Source: Flavobacteriales bacterium
Lineage (GTDB): Bacteria; Bacteroidota; Bacteroidia; Flavobacteriales_F; PHOS-HE28
Direction: 5' to 3'
Length of the DNA stretch: 64,000 bases
Assembly: GCA_016705545.1 (NCBI GenBank)
Contig: JADIYA010000007.1
Coordinates: forward strand, 10,953-74,952
The notes beneath the pieces were generated by a model. The model saw nothing but the letters and a program-made list of their open reading frames with translations, did no database searches and was not told where the DNA came from. A program made the position numbers and the translations under genes. Positions 39,009-48,528 of the stretch are shown in pieces (position 1 is the first letter of the stretch; the number at the start of each line of letters is the position of its first letter).

Positions 39009-40808
39009 ATGTCCGAACCCGCTGCGCGCAAGCCCGCCCTCCGTCTGGGTCGAGACACACTGCTCACTTTCGGCACCGAAGGCCTCGCCTTGCTGGGCAT
39101 GGTGCTCGCATTCCGGCTGGCAGCGCAGCAGAGCAAGCACGACCTCGACCTCTACGTGATCGCGCGCCGCACCGTGGCTTTCCTGTTCCCGGTGGTGCTC
39201 ATGGGCGCCATGGTGGGCCTTACCCGCTTCGTGGCCATGGATGCCGCGCCCGATGCTGCTCGACGCTACCTGCGCGGGGCCTTTGCCGTGGTAGCGCCCC
39301 TCGGTCTGCTCATGTGCGCTTTGGGCGCGCTGCTCGCCGAGCCGCTGGCATGGATCCTCTTCGGCGACCGCGATAGCGCTGCACTGGTTCCGCCCATCGG
39401 CGTGATGACCTTCGGCATGGCAGCGCACGGCGTGGCTTACGGCTACCTGCGCGGTCGCGGCCGCATCGTGGGGGCCAATGCGCTTCAGCTCGTGGTGCTG
39501 GCCATCGGTCCCTGCCTGGCCTTCGTCCTTTTCCACGACATGGAGCGCGCGCTGTGGGCCACGGCCATCAGTTGGCTGCTGCCGCCCTTGATCACCATTG
39601 CGCCCGACTTGCTGCACAAGGATGGTCCTTCGCGCAGAGAGCGCGGCGAGATCCTGCGCTACGGGTTGCCGCGCGTGCCGGGCGATGTGGCCTTGGGTGC
39701 GTTGCTGACGGTGCCGGGATATATCGCCCTGCGCACACACGGCCTCGACCTCAGCGGCGAGGTGGGCTTCGGCGCCACCTTACTGAACATCGCCGCGGCG
39801 GCCTTCTCGCCGGTGGCACTGCTGCTGTTGCCGGCTGCTGCAGCCAAGCTCGCACGCGGCGAGTACGCCGACCTCGCCCAGCGCGTGGCCCGCATGTCGC
39901 GCTTGGTGCTGCTGGCCTCGGTGGCCCTCACTGTGGGCTTCGAGCTGCTGGCTTCACCCCTTTTGCTGCTTTACCTCGGGCCCAACGGTGAGGCCTATGT
40001 GCCTATGGCGCGGCTGGTCTTCATCGGCGCACTGCCCTTCGCCTACTTCAATGGCATGCGCAGCCTGCTCGATGCCTACTTCCGAACGCCGCGCAACGGC
40101 ATCAACCTGAGCAAGTCCTTCGCGATTCTCCTGCTCGGCGGCCTCTTCCACCTTTTGGTGCCCACGCCTTGGTACACCATGCCCGTGGTGCTGCTCTTCG
40201 CCCTCACCTACCTCGGCCTGGCCACCTGGAGCGATGCGCGTTATGTGCAGAGCGAATTGCAGCGCCTCGCCGACCAGGACCTCAGTGCGCTGCGCGTGAT
40301 CGTGGTGGTGCCCGAGGCCGAAGGCGGCGAGGTGTATGCGCCCGCGCGTGAAGAAGCGGCGCACTTGGCCGGACAGGGCGCGCATGTGAGCTTCGTGCAC
40401 TTGGAGAGCCGCACTTCGCTTTGGCGGCTCTGGCTTGCGCGGCAGCGCCTCAAGCGCATGATCGTGGCGCAGCGTGCCGATGTGGTGCTCTCGCTCTACG
40501 GCTCCGCGGCAGGACTGTTCACGGTGTTGAGCAGCCTCTCTCCCGTGGTGGTCACGTTCGTCGGCGACGATGTGCACAGGCGCGCCGTGCCCGGCGTGGC
40601 GCGGCCATGGCTCGGGCGGCTCTTCTCGCAGCTCGCGGCCTTTTTCGCTGCTGGGCTGATCTGCCGCAGCAGTGCTGTGCGCGACGGCCTTTGGTGGCGG
40701 GGAAGCGAAGCCTTGGTGGTGGAAGCGGACACCGGGTCGCGCGAAGCAGCCGTGCTCACCCTCGCCCATCTGCGCGCCGTAGCGCTGCACAAGCCAGCAG
40801 AGGCATGA
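39009..40808 (+). CDS. polysaccharide biosynthesis (MOP/Wzx-like flippase) membrane protein with ~170-aa C-terminal extension resembling a glycosyltransferase N-terminal half-domain
   Basis: About 12 predicted TM helices over aa 1-430, then a soluble region LRVIVVVPEAEGGEVYAP...VHLESRTSLWRLWLARQRLKRMIVAQRADVV... similar to a GT4 N-domain. One uninterrupted 599-aa ORF. Confidence 0.6.
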   Translation: MSEPAARKPALRLGRDTLLTFGTEGLALLGMVLAFRLAAQQSKHDLDLYVIARRTVAFLFPVVLMGAMVGLTRFVAMDAAPDAARRYLRGAFAVVAPLGLLMCALGALLAEPLAWILFGDRDSAALVPPIGVMTFGMAAHGVAYGYLRGRGRIVGANALQLVVLAIGPCLAFVLFHDMERALWATAISWLLPPLITIAPDLLHKDGPSRRERGEILRYGLPRVPGDVALGALLTVPGYIALRTHGLDLSGEVGFGATLLNIAAAAFSPVALLLLPAAAAKLARGEYADLAQRVARMSRLVLLASVALTVGFELLASPLLLLYLGPNGEAYVPMARLVFIGALPFAYFNGMRSLLDAYFRTPRNGINLSKSFAILLLGGLFHLLVPTPWYTMPVVLLFALTYLGLATWSDARYVQSELQRLADQDLSALRVIVVVPEAEGGEVYAPAREEAAHLAGQGAHVSFVHLESRTSLWRLWLARQRLKRMIVAQRADVVLSLYGSAAGLFTVLSSLSPVVVTFVGDDVHRRAVPGVARPWLGRLFSQLAAFFAAGLICRSSAVRDGLWWRGSEALVVEADTGSREAAVLTLAHLRAVALHKPAEA

Positions 40809-41884
40809 AGCTATTGCTGGTTGCTGCGGCCAACTCGATCCACACGCGGCGCTGGGCCCACGCCTTCGCGGAGCATGGTCATGAGGTGCACGTGGTCTCG
40901 CAGCATGCACCGCGCGAGCCCTATGGTTCAGACGTGCGCATCCATCTGCTCCCCCACCACGGCGGATTGGGCTACGTGCTGAACCGGGCTGCCGCGAGAA
41001 GGATTGCGAACGGGATCAGGCCCGATGCGATCAACGCGCACTATGCCTCGGGCTATGGCACCTTGGCTCCACGGATCGAAGGCGTGCCGCTGATCCTGAA
41101 TGTGTGGGGCAGCGATGTGTACGAGTTCCCCGACACAAGCTTGCTTCACCGCTGGCTCCTGCGCCGGAATCTATTGCGGGCCGATGCCGTAGTGAGCACC
41201 AGCCGTGTGATGGCCGAACGCACGAGGCTCATTTGCCCGGACCTGGCGGCGATCGATGTGGTTCCTTTCGGTGTGGATACTGAACGGTTCTCGCCGATGC
41301 CGAAGGCCGATGGTCCGATGGTGATCGGCACGGTGAAGACCCTTGCTCCCAAGTACGGGATCGACACGTTGATCCAAGCCTTTGGGCTGATCGCCCATGA
41401 ATCCGGCCTCGAGCAGTCACGGCTCCGCCTCGTGGGAGATGGCCCGCAGCGCAAGCCCTTGGAAGCGCTCGCTCGCTCCTTGCGCATCACCGACCGGGTG
41501 GATTTCATCGGCAATGTGCCGCACGACCGCGTGCCGGCAGAGCTGCTCAAGCTCGACGTGTATGCCGCGTTGAGCCGACGCGATAGCGAGAGCTTCGGCG
41601 TGGCGGTGATCGAGGCGAGTGCCTGCGGATTGCCGGTGGTGGTGAGCCGCGTTGGAGGCCTGCCAGAAGTGGTGGATGAAGGCCGCAGCGGGCTGGTGGT
41701 GCCGAAGGAGGATCCGAAGGCCGCTGCCGATGCGCTCCTGAGCCTTGCGCGCGATGCATCGCTGCGAAAATCGATGGGCGAAGCCGGACGCGCACTGGTG
41801 CTTGCCCGCTATGCATGGAGCGATTGCGTGGACCGGCAGCTCACGGTAATTGAAGCGGCCATTGAAACCATGCGCGGGTCATGA
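40805..41884 (+). CDS. glycosyltransferase family 4
   Basis: Start MKLLLVAAANSIHTRRW (overlaps the upstream stop, ATGA). GT4 C-domain with ESFGVAVIEASACGLPVV (EX7E). Confidence 0.85.
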   Translation: MKLLLVAAANSIHTRRWAHAFAEHGHEVHVVSQHAPREPYGSDVRIHLLPHHGGLGYVLNRAAARRIANGIRPDAINAHYASGYGTLAPRIEGVPLILNVWGSDVYEFPDTSLLHRWLLRRNLLRADAVVSTSRVMAERTRLICPDLAAIDVVPFGVDTERFSPMPKADGPMVIGTVKTLAPKYGIDTLIQAFGLIAHESGLEQSRLRLVGDGPQRKPLEALARSLRITDRVDFIGNVPHDRVPAELLKLDVYAALSRRDSESFGVAVIEASACGLPVVVSRVGGLPEVVDEGRSGLVVPKEDPKAAADALLSLARDASLRKSMGEAGRALVLARYAWSDCVDRQLTVIEAAIETMRGS

Positions 41885-42936
41885 GCGTGCAGCCATCGAA
41901 CGCTTCCAATGTCCTGCCGAATCCGCTGAAGGTTCGCGTTGTGATTCCTTGCCGCAACGAGGCCGGCTACATAGGCCGGTGCCTGCGCTCGCTGATCGAC
42001 ACGGACCGGATCGGCATGCAGGTGGAAGCCTGGGTGTGCGATGGAATGAGTGATGACGGCACGCGCGAAGAGATCGAGGCCCTCGCAGCCTTGCATCCGT
42101 GGATCAAGCTGATCGACAATACAGCGCGCACCACGCCCCAAGCCATGAACCTCGGTTTGAGGCCAGGGGGGTACGACGTGGGGATCCTGTTGGGCGCGCA
42201 CGCTGAAGTGGAGACCGATTTCCTGCGCGCCAATCTCGATTGCCTCGCCGCGCATCCGGAGGCGGGCTGCGTGGGAGGCATCATCACGAATGTGTACACG
42301 GACGCTTCCAGCCGGCGCATCGGTGCGGCCATGGGGCATCCGTTCGGCGTGGGTGGAGCGCATTTCCGCACGGGCCTCAAGGAAGGCGAAGTGGATACCG
42401 TGGCTTTTGGCGCATACCGCTGGGAAGCGCTGGCCGCTATCGGCTTCGTGGATGAACGGCTCGCCCGCAATCAGGATGATGAACTCAACTTCCGCATCAC
42501 CCGCGCCGGATGGAGGATCATCCTGTCACCACGCATCCGCAGCCGCTACTTCGTGCGCGCCAGCTTGAAGAAGCTCTTCCGCCAATACTGGCAATACGGC
42601 TATTGGAAGGTCTTCGTGAATCGGGTGCACCGCACCGTGACCACCTCTCGCCAGCTGGTGCCTGCGGCCTTTGTGCTCTTCCTGATCGCTGGCGGGGCTC
42701 TGGCCTTCGTGCATCCCCTGCTCGCGCTATGCTTTGGATCAGGCATCGCGCTTTACAGCATCGTGGCCATCGCCAGTGCCTTGCACGCCGCTGAACGCGT
42801 GGTTGATGCTCCGGGCGTGCTCCTTGCTTTCGTCACGCTCCATCTGGCATATGGAACGGGCTACCTGCGCGGCTTGCTCGACTTCATCGTGCTGGGCCGC
42901 CAACCGAAGGGCAGCGCGGCTACGAGTTCGCGGTAA
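41881..42936 (+). CDS. glycosyltransferase family 2
   Basis: RVVIPCRNEAGYIGRCLRS, ...DGMSDDGT (DxD region), C-terminal TM helices. Start overlaps the GT4 stop. Confidence 0.8.
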   Translation: MSVQPSNASNVLPNPLKVRVVIPCRNEAGYIGRCLRSLIDTDRIGMQVEAWVCDGMSDDGTREEIEALAALHPWIKLIDNTARTTPQAMNLGLRPGGYDVGILLGAHAEVETDFLRANLDCLAAHPEAGCVGGIITNVYTDASSRRIGAAMGHPFGVGGAHFRTGLKEGEVDTVAFGAYRWEALAAIGFVDERLARNQDDELNFRITRAGWRIILSPRIRSRYFVRASLKKLFRQYWQYGYWKVFVNRVHRTVTTSRQLVPAAFVLFLIAGGALAFVHPLLALCFGSGIALYSIVAIASALHAAERVVDAPGVLLAFVTLHLAYGTGYLRGLLDFIVLGRQPKGSAATSSR

Positions 42937-42940
42937 CGAA

Positions 42941-42966
42941 GGAGCCCCGGATCAATCCGGGGCTCC
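42941..42966. terminator. bidirectional intrinsic terminator between the GT2 gene and rpsA
   Basis: Perfect 10-bp hairpin GGAGCCCCGG-ATCAAT-CCGGGGCTCC between convergent stop codons. Confidence 0.65.
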
Positions 42967-42990
42967 CTCATTCAGCATTCAACCGAAGGA

Positions 42991-44844
42991 CTAAGCCTCC
43001 TCGCCTTGGGTGTCGTCCTCGGCGGTGCGCTCCTTGTTCTCCATCGAGCTCTTCAGGTTGCTCAGCACGCTGAGGTCGCCGAGGGTGCTCTTCTCCACCT
43101 TCTCGTTCACGCTCTTCACGCTCGCGCTGGTGGCGGTGCTATCGCTTTCCTTGCGGGTGCGCTTGCCTTTGGCCACGGTCTCCATCGGCTCATCGCCATC
43201 CTCGAAGGTGCGGGTATGGCTCAGGGCGATGCGGCGCGCATCGGCGTTGAACTCGAGCACCATGAAGGGCAGCTTATCCTCCAGCTCCGCCTTGGAGCCA
43301 TCGGCCTTCTTCAGGTGCTTCAGGGTCACGGTGCCTTCCACGCCGTAGGGCAGGCTCACCACGAAGTTCTGACCGGCGCGGCCCGTGAGGGTACCCTCGT
43401 GCACGCTGCCCGGAGTGAACACGGAGGCGAATACCTCCCACGGGTTCTCCTCCACTTGCTTGTGGCCGAGGCTGAGGCGGCGGTTGTCCTTATCGACTTC
43501 CAGCACCATCACCTCCACTTCGTCGCCCACGTTGCAGAACTCGCTGGGGTGCTTGATGCGTTTGGTCCAGCTGAGGTCGCTGATGTGGATCAGGCCGTCG
43601 ACGCCCTCTTCCAGCTCGGCGAAGATGCCGAAGTGGGTGAAGTTGCGAACCTTGGCCTTGTGCTTCGAGCGCACAGGGTAGCGGAACTCGATATCGGCCC
43701 AGGGATCGGTGCTCAGCTGCTTCATGCCGAGGCTCATCTTGCGCTCTTCGCGGTCGATGTTGAGCACCACGCAATCAATCTCCTGGCCTTCCTTCAAAAA
43801 GTCCTTCGGGCTGCGCAGGTGCTGGCTCCAGCTCATTTCGCTCACGTGGAGCAAACCCTCCACACCGGGGGCCACTTCCACGAACGCGCCGTAATCGGTG
43901 ATCACCATCACCTTGCCTTTCACCTTGTCGCCGGCGTTCATGTCGGGGCTGAGCGCATCCCATGGGTGCGGCAGCAGCTGCTTCAGGCCGAGGGCGATGC
44001 GGCGCTTCTCGTCGTCGAAGTCGAGGATCACCACGTTGATCTTCTCGTCGAGCTTCACCACTTCCTCCGGATGGCTCACGCGGCCGTAGGCCAAGTCGGT
44101 GATGTGGATCAGGCCATCGACGCCGCCGAGGTCCACGAACACGCCGTAGCTGGTGATGTTCTTCACCGTGCCCTCGAGCACCTGGCCTTTCTCAAGCCCG
44201 CCGATGATCTGCTTTTTCTGGGCTTCCAGTTCGGCTTCGATCAGCGCCTTGTGGCTCACCACCACGTTCTTGAACTCCTGGTTGATCTTCACGACCTTGA
44301 ACTCCATGTTCTTGTTCACGAACTGGTCGTAGTCGCGGATCGGCTTCACATCGATCTGCGAGCCCGGCAGGAAGGCCTCGATGCCGAAGACATCGACGAT
44401 GAGACCGCCCTTGGTGCGGCACTTCACGAAGCCGGTGATCACCTCGTTGGTCTCCATGGCATGGTTCACCTTGCCCCACGCGTTGTGAACGCGTGCGGTC
44501 TTGTGGCTCACCACCATCTGGCCGCCCTTGTCCTCCTGCTTCTCGATGTACACCTCCACCTGATCGCCGATGGCGAGATCGGGCTTGTAGCGGAACTCGC
44601 TGATGGGGACCACGCCCTCGGACTTGTAGCCGATGTTGATCACCACCTCCTTCTTGTTCATGCCCACCACGGTGCCCATGAGCACTTCCTTCTCGGAGAT
44701 GCTGCTCAGGGTGCGCTCGTAAGCGGTTTCCATGGCCTGGTGCGCCTCAACGCCCATGGCCTTCTTGTCATCCTCTACACCGGCCCAATCGAAATCGGCG
44801 GGCGGTTCTTTGAAGGTGACCTTGTTGTTCTCGACAGTTGACAT
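42991..44844 (-). CDS. rpsA: 30S ribosomal protein S1
   Basis: 617-aa ORF with six S1 domains (repeated G.V.G.V....GAFV.L..G..GL.H.S). Bacteroidetes-type acidic C-terminal tail. Confidence 0.97.
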   Translation of the reverse strand: MSTVENNKVTFKEPPADFDWAGVEDDKKAMGVEAHQAMETAYERTLSSISEKEVLMGTVVGMNKKEVVINIGYKSEGVVPISEFRYKPDLAIGDQVEVYIEKQEDKGGQMVVSHKTARVHNAWGKVNHAMETNEVITGFVKCRTKGGLIVDVFGIEAFLPGSQIDVKPIRDYDQFVNKNMEFKVVKINQEFKNVVVSHKALIEAELEAQKKQIIGGLEKGQVLEGTVKNITSYGVFVDLGGVDGLIHITDLAYGRVSHPEEVVKLDEKINVVILDFDDEKRRIALGLKQLLPHPWDALSPDMNAGDKVKGKVMVITDYGAFVEVAPGVEGLLHVSEMSWSQHLRSPKDFLKEGQEIDCVVLNIDREERKMSLGMKQLSTDPWADIEFRYPVRSKHKAKVRNFTHFGIFAELEEGVDGLIHISDLSWTKRIKHPSEFCNVGDEVEVMVLEVDKDNRRLSLGHKQVEENPWEVFASVFTPGSVHEGTLTGRAGQNFVVSLPYGVEGTVTLKHLKKADGSKAELEDKLPFMVLEFNADARRIALSHTRTFEDGDEPMETVAKGKRTRKESDSTATSASVKSVNEKVEKSTLGDLSVLSNLKSSMENKERTAEDDTQGEEA

Positions 44845-45074
44845 GCGTTTGCTTCAACTTGTATCCCGGACTGGAGGGGCGCTGTCCGAGAGGGTTCTTG
44901 ATGTTGCGCCCGGGGCTCCCCTTCCCGGACGTTCCCCGTGCCCGCCACGGTGGGCGGGGGAAACGGGGCCGCGAATGTAGGTGAATGCTCTGAAATGCAG
45001 GTGCATGCGAGCAAAGCCATCCGGTGAACGCGCTGTCACATGCGCTTCATCCACCGGCCCCTACTTTCGACCCG

Positions 45075-45905
45075 ATGCGCAATGCACTCATCATCACCTC
45101 GTTCCTATCGGCCTCGGCCTGCCTCGCCGGTGGCGATCCGCTCACGGTAGGCGCGCGGTTCGCGGGCATGGGCGGCAGCGGCCTCACCCTCGCCGACCTC
45201 TGGAGCGTTCGGTTGAATCCGGCCGGCATAGCAGGATTGGATAAACCGGCGGCCGGCCTCTTTTACCAGCGGCACTTCCTCAGCGAGGATCTCGCCCATC
45301 AAGGGCTGGCCGTGGCGCTGCCCGTGGGCAAGGGCGCTTTCGGGATAGGCGTTGACCGCTTCGGCTACGACCTCTACAACGAGACACGCGCCAGCTTGGC
45401 CTATGCCATGCGTTTCGGCGAGGGGCTGCGCGCGGCCGTGCAGCTGAACTACCTGGGTGTGCAGCTCGGCGGCAACTACGGTGGCACCGGCGCCTTCGCT
45501 GCCGAAGTGGGCGTGCAAGCCCGAATCAGCGAGCAATTCTGGCTGGGTGCGCACTTGTTCAATCCAACACGTTCCAAGCTGGGCACCGTTACGGAGAGCG
45601 ATGTGGTGCTCGATGAGCGCGTGCCCACCCTGCTGCGCGCGGGCCTGGGCTGGGTCGTGAGCAGCAAGCTCACTCTCACCGGCGAGGTGGAAAAGGACAT
45701 CGACCGTGCGGAGCGCTTCCGCTTCGGCGTGGAGTACAATCCGAGCAAGGCGCTCTTCCTGCGGACGGGCATCAGCACGGCGAATGTGCAAGGGCATTTC
45801 GGCGTGGGCGTTCGCACAGGGAGGCTCGATGTGGACCTCGCAGTGGCCGTGCGCGCGCAGCTCGGTCCCACGCCCATGATCAACCTGAACTACCGCTTCA
45901 AGTGA
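45075..45905 (+). CDS. outer-membrane beta-barrel protein, FadL/PorQ-like (putative)
   Basis: Signal peptide MRNALIITSFLSASACLAGG. N-terminal motif GARFAGMGGSGLTLADLWSVRLNPAGIAG as in FadL-like/PorQ/PorV-family outer-membrane proteins. Alternating amphipathic beta-strands throughout. Confidence 0.45.
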   Translation: MRNALIITSFLSASACLAGGDPLTVGARFAGMGGSGLTLADLWSVRLNPAGIAGLDKPAAGLFYQRHFLSEDLAHQGLAVALPVGKGAFGIGVDRFGYDLYNETRASLAYAMRFGEGLRAAVQLNYLGVQLGGNYGGTGAFAAEVGVQARISEQFWLGAHLFNPTRSKLGTVTESDVVLDERVPTLLRAGLGWVVSSKLTLTGEVEKDIDRAERFRFGVEYNPSKALFLRTGISTANVQGHFGVGVRTGRLDVDLAVAVRAQLGPTPMINLNYRFK

Positions 45906-48073
45906 AACGCCTCGCGGCATCGGCGATCGGCGCTGCGCTGATCCTGGGTGCACGGGCCCAGGTCGATGGCGTTCCGCGCGATGTGATCGAGCAGCGCATC
46001 GAGGCCGCCGTGGAGCAATTAGGAGGCGACAATGATGTGGACCTCACCAACCTCTTCGAGCTGCTCGCGGACCGCTACACCGACCCGATCGACCTCAACC
46101 ATACCACGGCGCAGGAACTCAATGCCTTGCTGCTGTTGAATGATGTGCAGGTGAGCGCGCTGATGCAGCACATCAAGCGCAACGGCAAATTGCTCAGCCT
46201 CTACGAGCTGCAGGCGATCAACGGCTGGGATGCGGCTACGATCCAACTGGTGCGGCCCTTCATCACCGTGCGCGAGAACCAGATGGGCGCACGGGCTTCG
46301 CTGAAGGAGATCCTGAAGCAGGGCAGCCACGAGTGGACCACGCGCAGCACCATGAACATCGAATCGCGGCGGGGCTTCCTGGACCGCAGGAATTCCTTCG
46401 GCAAGGACTACGCGGATCCCAGCGGCAATGCGCTGCCTGATGCCGATGACCACGAAGTGCGCGATTCGCTCCGTGCCAACAGCAAGGTGTACCTGGGCAG
46501 TCCATACCGTTTGTACACACGCTACCGCTTCCGCTACCGGCAGAACATCAGCATCGGCTTCACGGCAGAGAAGGATGAGGGCGAGGAATTCTTCCAAGGC
46601 TCGCAGCGCAGCTTCGACTTCATCAGCGCGCACCTCTTCGTGCGCGATCTCGGGCGGCTGAAGTCCGTGGCCATCGGCGATTACAGCGCCCAATTCGGGC
46701 AGGGCCTCACGTTCTGGAACGGATTGGCCTTCGCGGCGAAGAGCAGCTTCACCTTGAACGTGAAGCGCAACGCCGTAGTGCTGGCGCCCTACACCAGCGT
46801 GAACGAGAACCTGTTCATGCGCGGCGCGGCTGCCACCTTCGCGGTCACTCGCAAACTCGAGCTCACCGGCTTCTTCTCGACGAAGCGCATCGATGCGAAC
46901 GTGAGCGCTCAGCCCACGGGCACGGACACGCTCGACACCAACATCCAGGAGGTCATCTTCAGCAGCTTCCAGGAGGATGGCTTCCACCGCACAGCGAACG
47001 AGCTCCTGAAGAAGGAGTCGATCGGCGAGCGGATCATGGGCGGGCACCTGCGTTGGAAAGAGCGCAGCTGGAGCATCGGCGCCACCGCCGCGCGGATCGA
47101 ATACGATGCGGTGCTCGCGCGCAGCGCACAGCCCTATAACCAGTTCGAGTTCCAAGGCCGCAGCAACACCACCATGGGCGTTGATTGGAATGTGCTGTGG
47201 CGCAACATCACCTGGTTCGGTGAGGCGGCGCGCAGCGCGAACGGTGGCGTGGCCATGAATTCCGGCCTGCTGGCCGCGCTCGACCAGCGCGTGAGCATGA
47301 GCCTTCTATGGCGAGACTACGGCCGCGACTTCCATGGCTTGCAGAGCGTGGGCTTCGCCGAAGGCACCAATCCATGGAACGAGCGCGGGCTCTACACAGG
47401 GATCGAGCTGCGTCCCAACCGGCAATGGCAGATCAACGCCTACTTCGACCAATTCCGCTTCCCTTGGCTGCGCTACCTCACCGACGGCCCCAGCAGCGGC
47501 TTCGACTGGATGGCTCAGGTGAATTGGCGCCCCAGCCGCAAGGTGGAACTCTATGCCCGGGTGCGCCATCAGGACCGTGCGCGCAACACGTCAGCCGATG
47601 TGCGCGGCATCGATCCGCTGGTGCGCATGGAGCAGACCAACTACCGGGTGAACGTGAGCGCCAAGGTGAGCAACAGCATCACCCTGCGCACGCGCGTGGA
47701 GACCGTCGATTTCCAGCGCGGGTCGGCACCCTTGCAGCATGGCTTCCTGCTCTATCAGGACCTCGTGCACCGCCCGCTGAAGAGCCCGGTCGAGCTAACG
47801 GCCCGCTTCGCGCTCTTCGAGAGTGACAGCTACGATGCGCGACTGTACGCGTTCGAGAATGACCTTATCGGCGTGTTCGCGATCCCCGCTTACTATGGCC
47901 GCGGCATCCGTTGGTACGGCATGGCACGCATCACGCCCTTGCGCCGGGTGGATGTATGGGTCCGATACGGCGCATGGATCTACCGCGACCAAACGAGCAT
48001 CAGCAGCGGCTTGCAGGAGATCAATGGAAATGTGCGCAGCGATCTGAAAGTGCAGGTGCGGTGGTTGTTCTAG
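45902..48073 (+). CDS. ComEA-type helix-hairpin-helix domain fused to a large outer-membrane beta-barrel (function unknown)
   Basis: Signal peptide. IDLNHTTAQELNALLLLNDVQVSALMQHIKRNGKLLSLYELQAINGWDAATIQLVRPFITV matches ComEA/HhH_3. The remaining ~600 aa are amphipathic beta-strands ending ...LKVQVRWLF (C-terminal Phe). Start overlaps the upstream stop. Confidence 0.6.
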   Translation: MKRLAASAIGAALILGARAQVDGVPRDVIEQRIEAAVEQLGGDNDVDLTNLFELLADRYTDPIDLNHTTAQELNALLLLNDVQVSALMQHIKRNGKLLSLYELQAINGWDAATIQLVRPFITVRENQMGARASLKEILKQGSHEWTTRSTMNIESRRGFLDRRNSFGKDYADPSGNALPDADDHEVRDSLRANSKVYLGSPYRLYTRYRFRYRQNISIGFTAEKDEGEEFFQGSQRSFDFISAHLFVRDLGRLKSVAIGDYSAQFGQGLTFWNGLAFAAKSSFTLNVKRNAVVLAPYTSVNENLFMRGAAATFAVTRKLELTGFFSTKRIDANVSAQPTGTDTLDTNIQEVIFSSFQEDGFHRTANELLKKESIGERIMGGHLRWKERSWSIGATAARIEYDAVLARSAQPYNQFEFQGRSNTTMGVDWNVLWRNITWFGEAARSANGGVAMNSGLLAALDQRVSMSLLWRDYGRDFHGLQSVGFAEGTNPWNERGLYTGIELRPNRQWQINAYFDQFRFPWLRYLTDGPSSGFDWMAQVNWRPSRKVELYARVRHQDRARNTSADVRGIDPLVRMEQTNYRVNVSAKVSNSITLRTRVETVDFQRGSAPLQHGFLLYQDLVHRPLKSPVELTARFALFESDSYDARLYAFENDLIGVFAIPAYYGRGIRWYGMARITPLRRVDVWVRYGAWIYRDQTSISSGLQEINGNVRSDLKVQVRWLF

Positions 48074-48115
48074 AAGTTGAGCGGTTGCTTGCTCAACTTC
48101 GCCGGCGCGCATTCC

Positions 48116-48505
48116 ATGGCCCTCCATCACATCCGCATCTCGCGCGAACAGCCCATCGCCTCTTTCGCCGGCAGCACCATGCCGCGCCTCGAATTCCGGC
48201 AGGCGCTCTTCCGCACCCGTGATGCGCAATGGCAGCATCGGCTTTACCGCGCCGCGCTCGTGGTCACCACCACCGCCATGGGGCTCGATGGCCGCAAACT
48301 CGTGGTGGACCATCAGGCCATGCGCTTCGCGCTGCTCTACAATGCATCCTGGCCGGAGCCGGCATTCCTGAAGATCCGCAACTGGCCTTACAAGCCGGTT
48401 GAGCTGCGTGAAGACGCACCTGTGGTCTCTTGGACCGTGGAGCTGCGCTTAAGGGAACTCCGGCTGCTGGAGGAGGAATGGGTGGAGCTGGTCTTCGTGG
48501 GCTGA
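48116..48505 (+). CDS. hypothetical protein
   Basis: 130-aa ORF starting MALHHIRIS. No recognisable motif. Confidence 0.4.
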   Translation: MALHHIRISREQPIASFAGSTMPRLEFRQALFRTRDAQWQHRLYRAALVVTTTAMGLDGRKLVVDHQAMRFALLYNASWPEPAFLKIRNWPYKPVELREDAPVVSWTVELRLRELRLLEEEWVELVFVG

Positions 48506-48528
48506 GCACCATCTACCTTGCGCACGCC

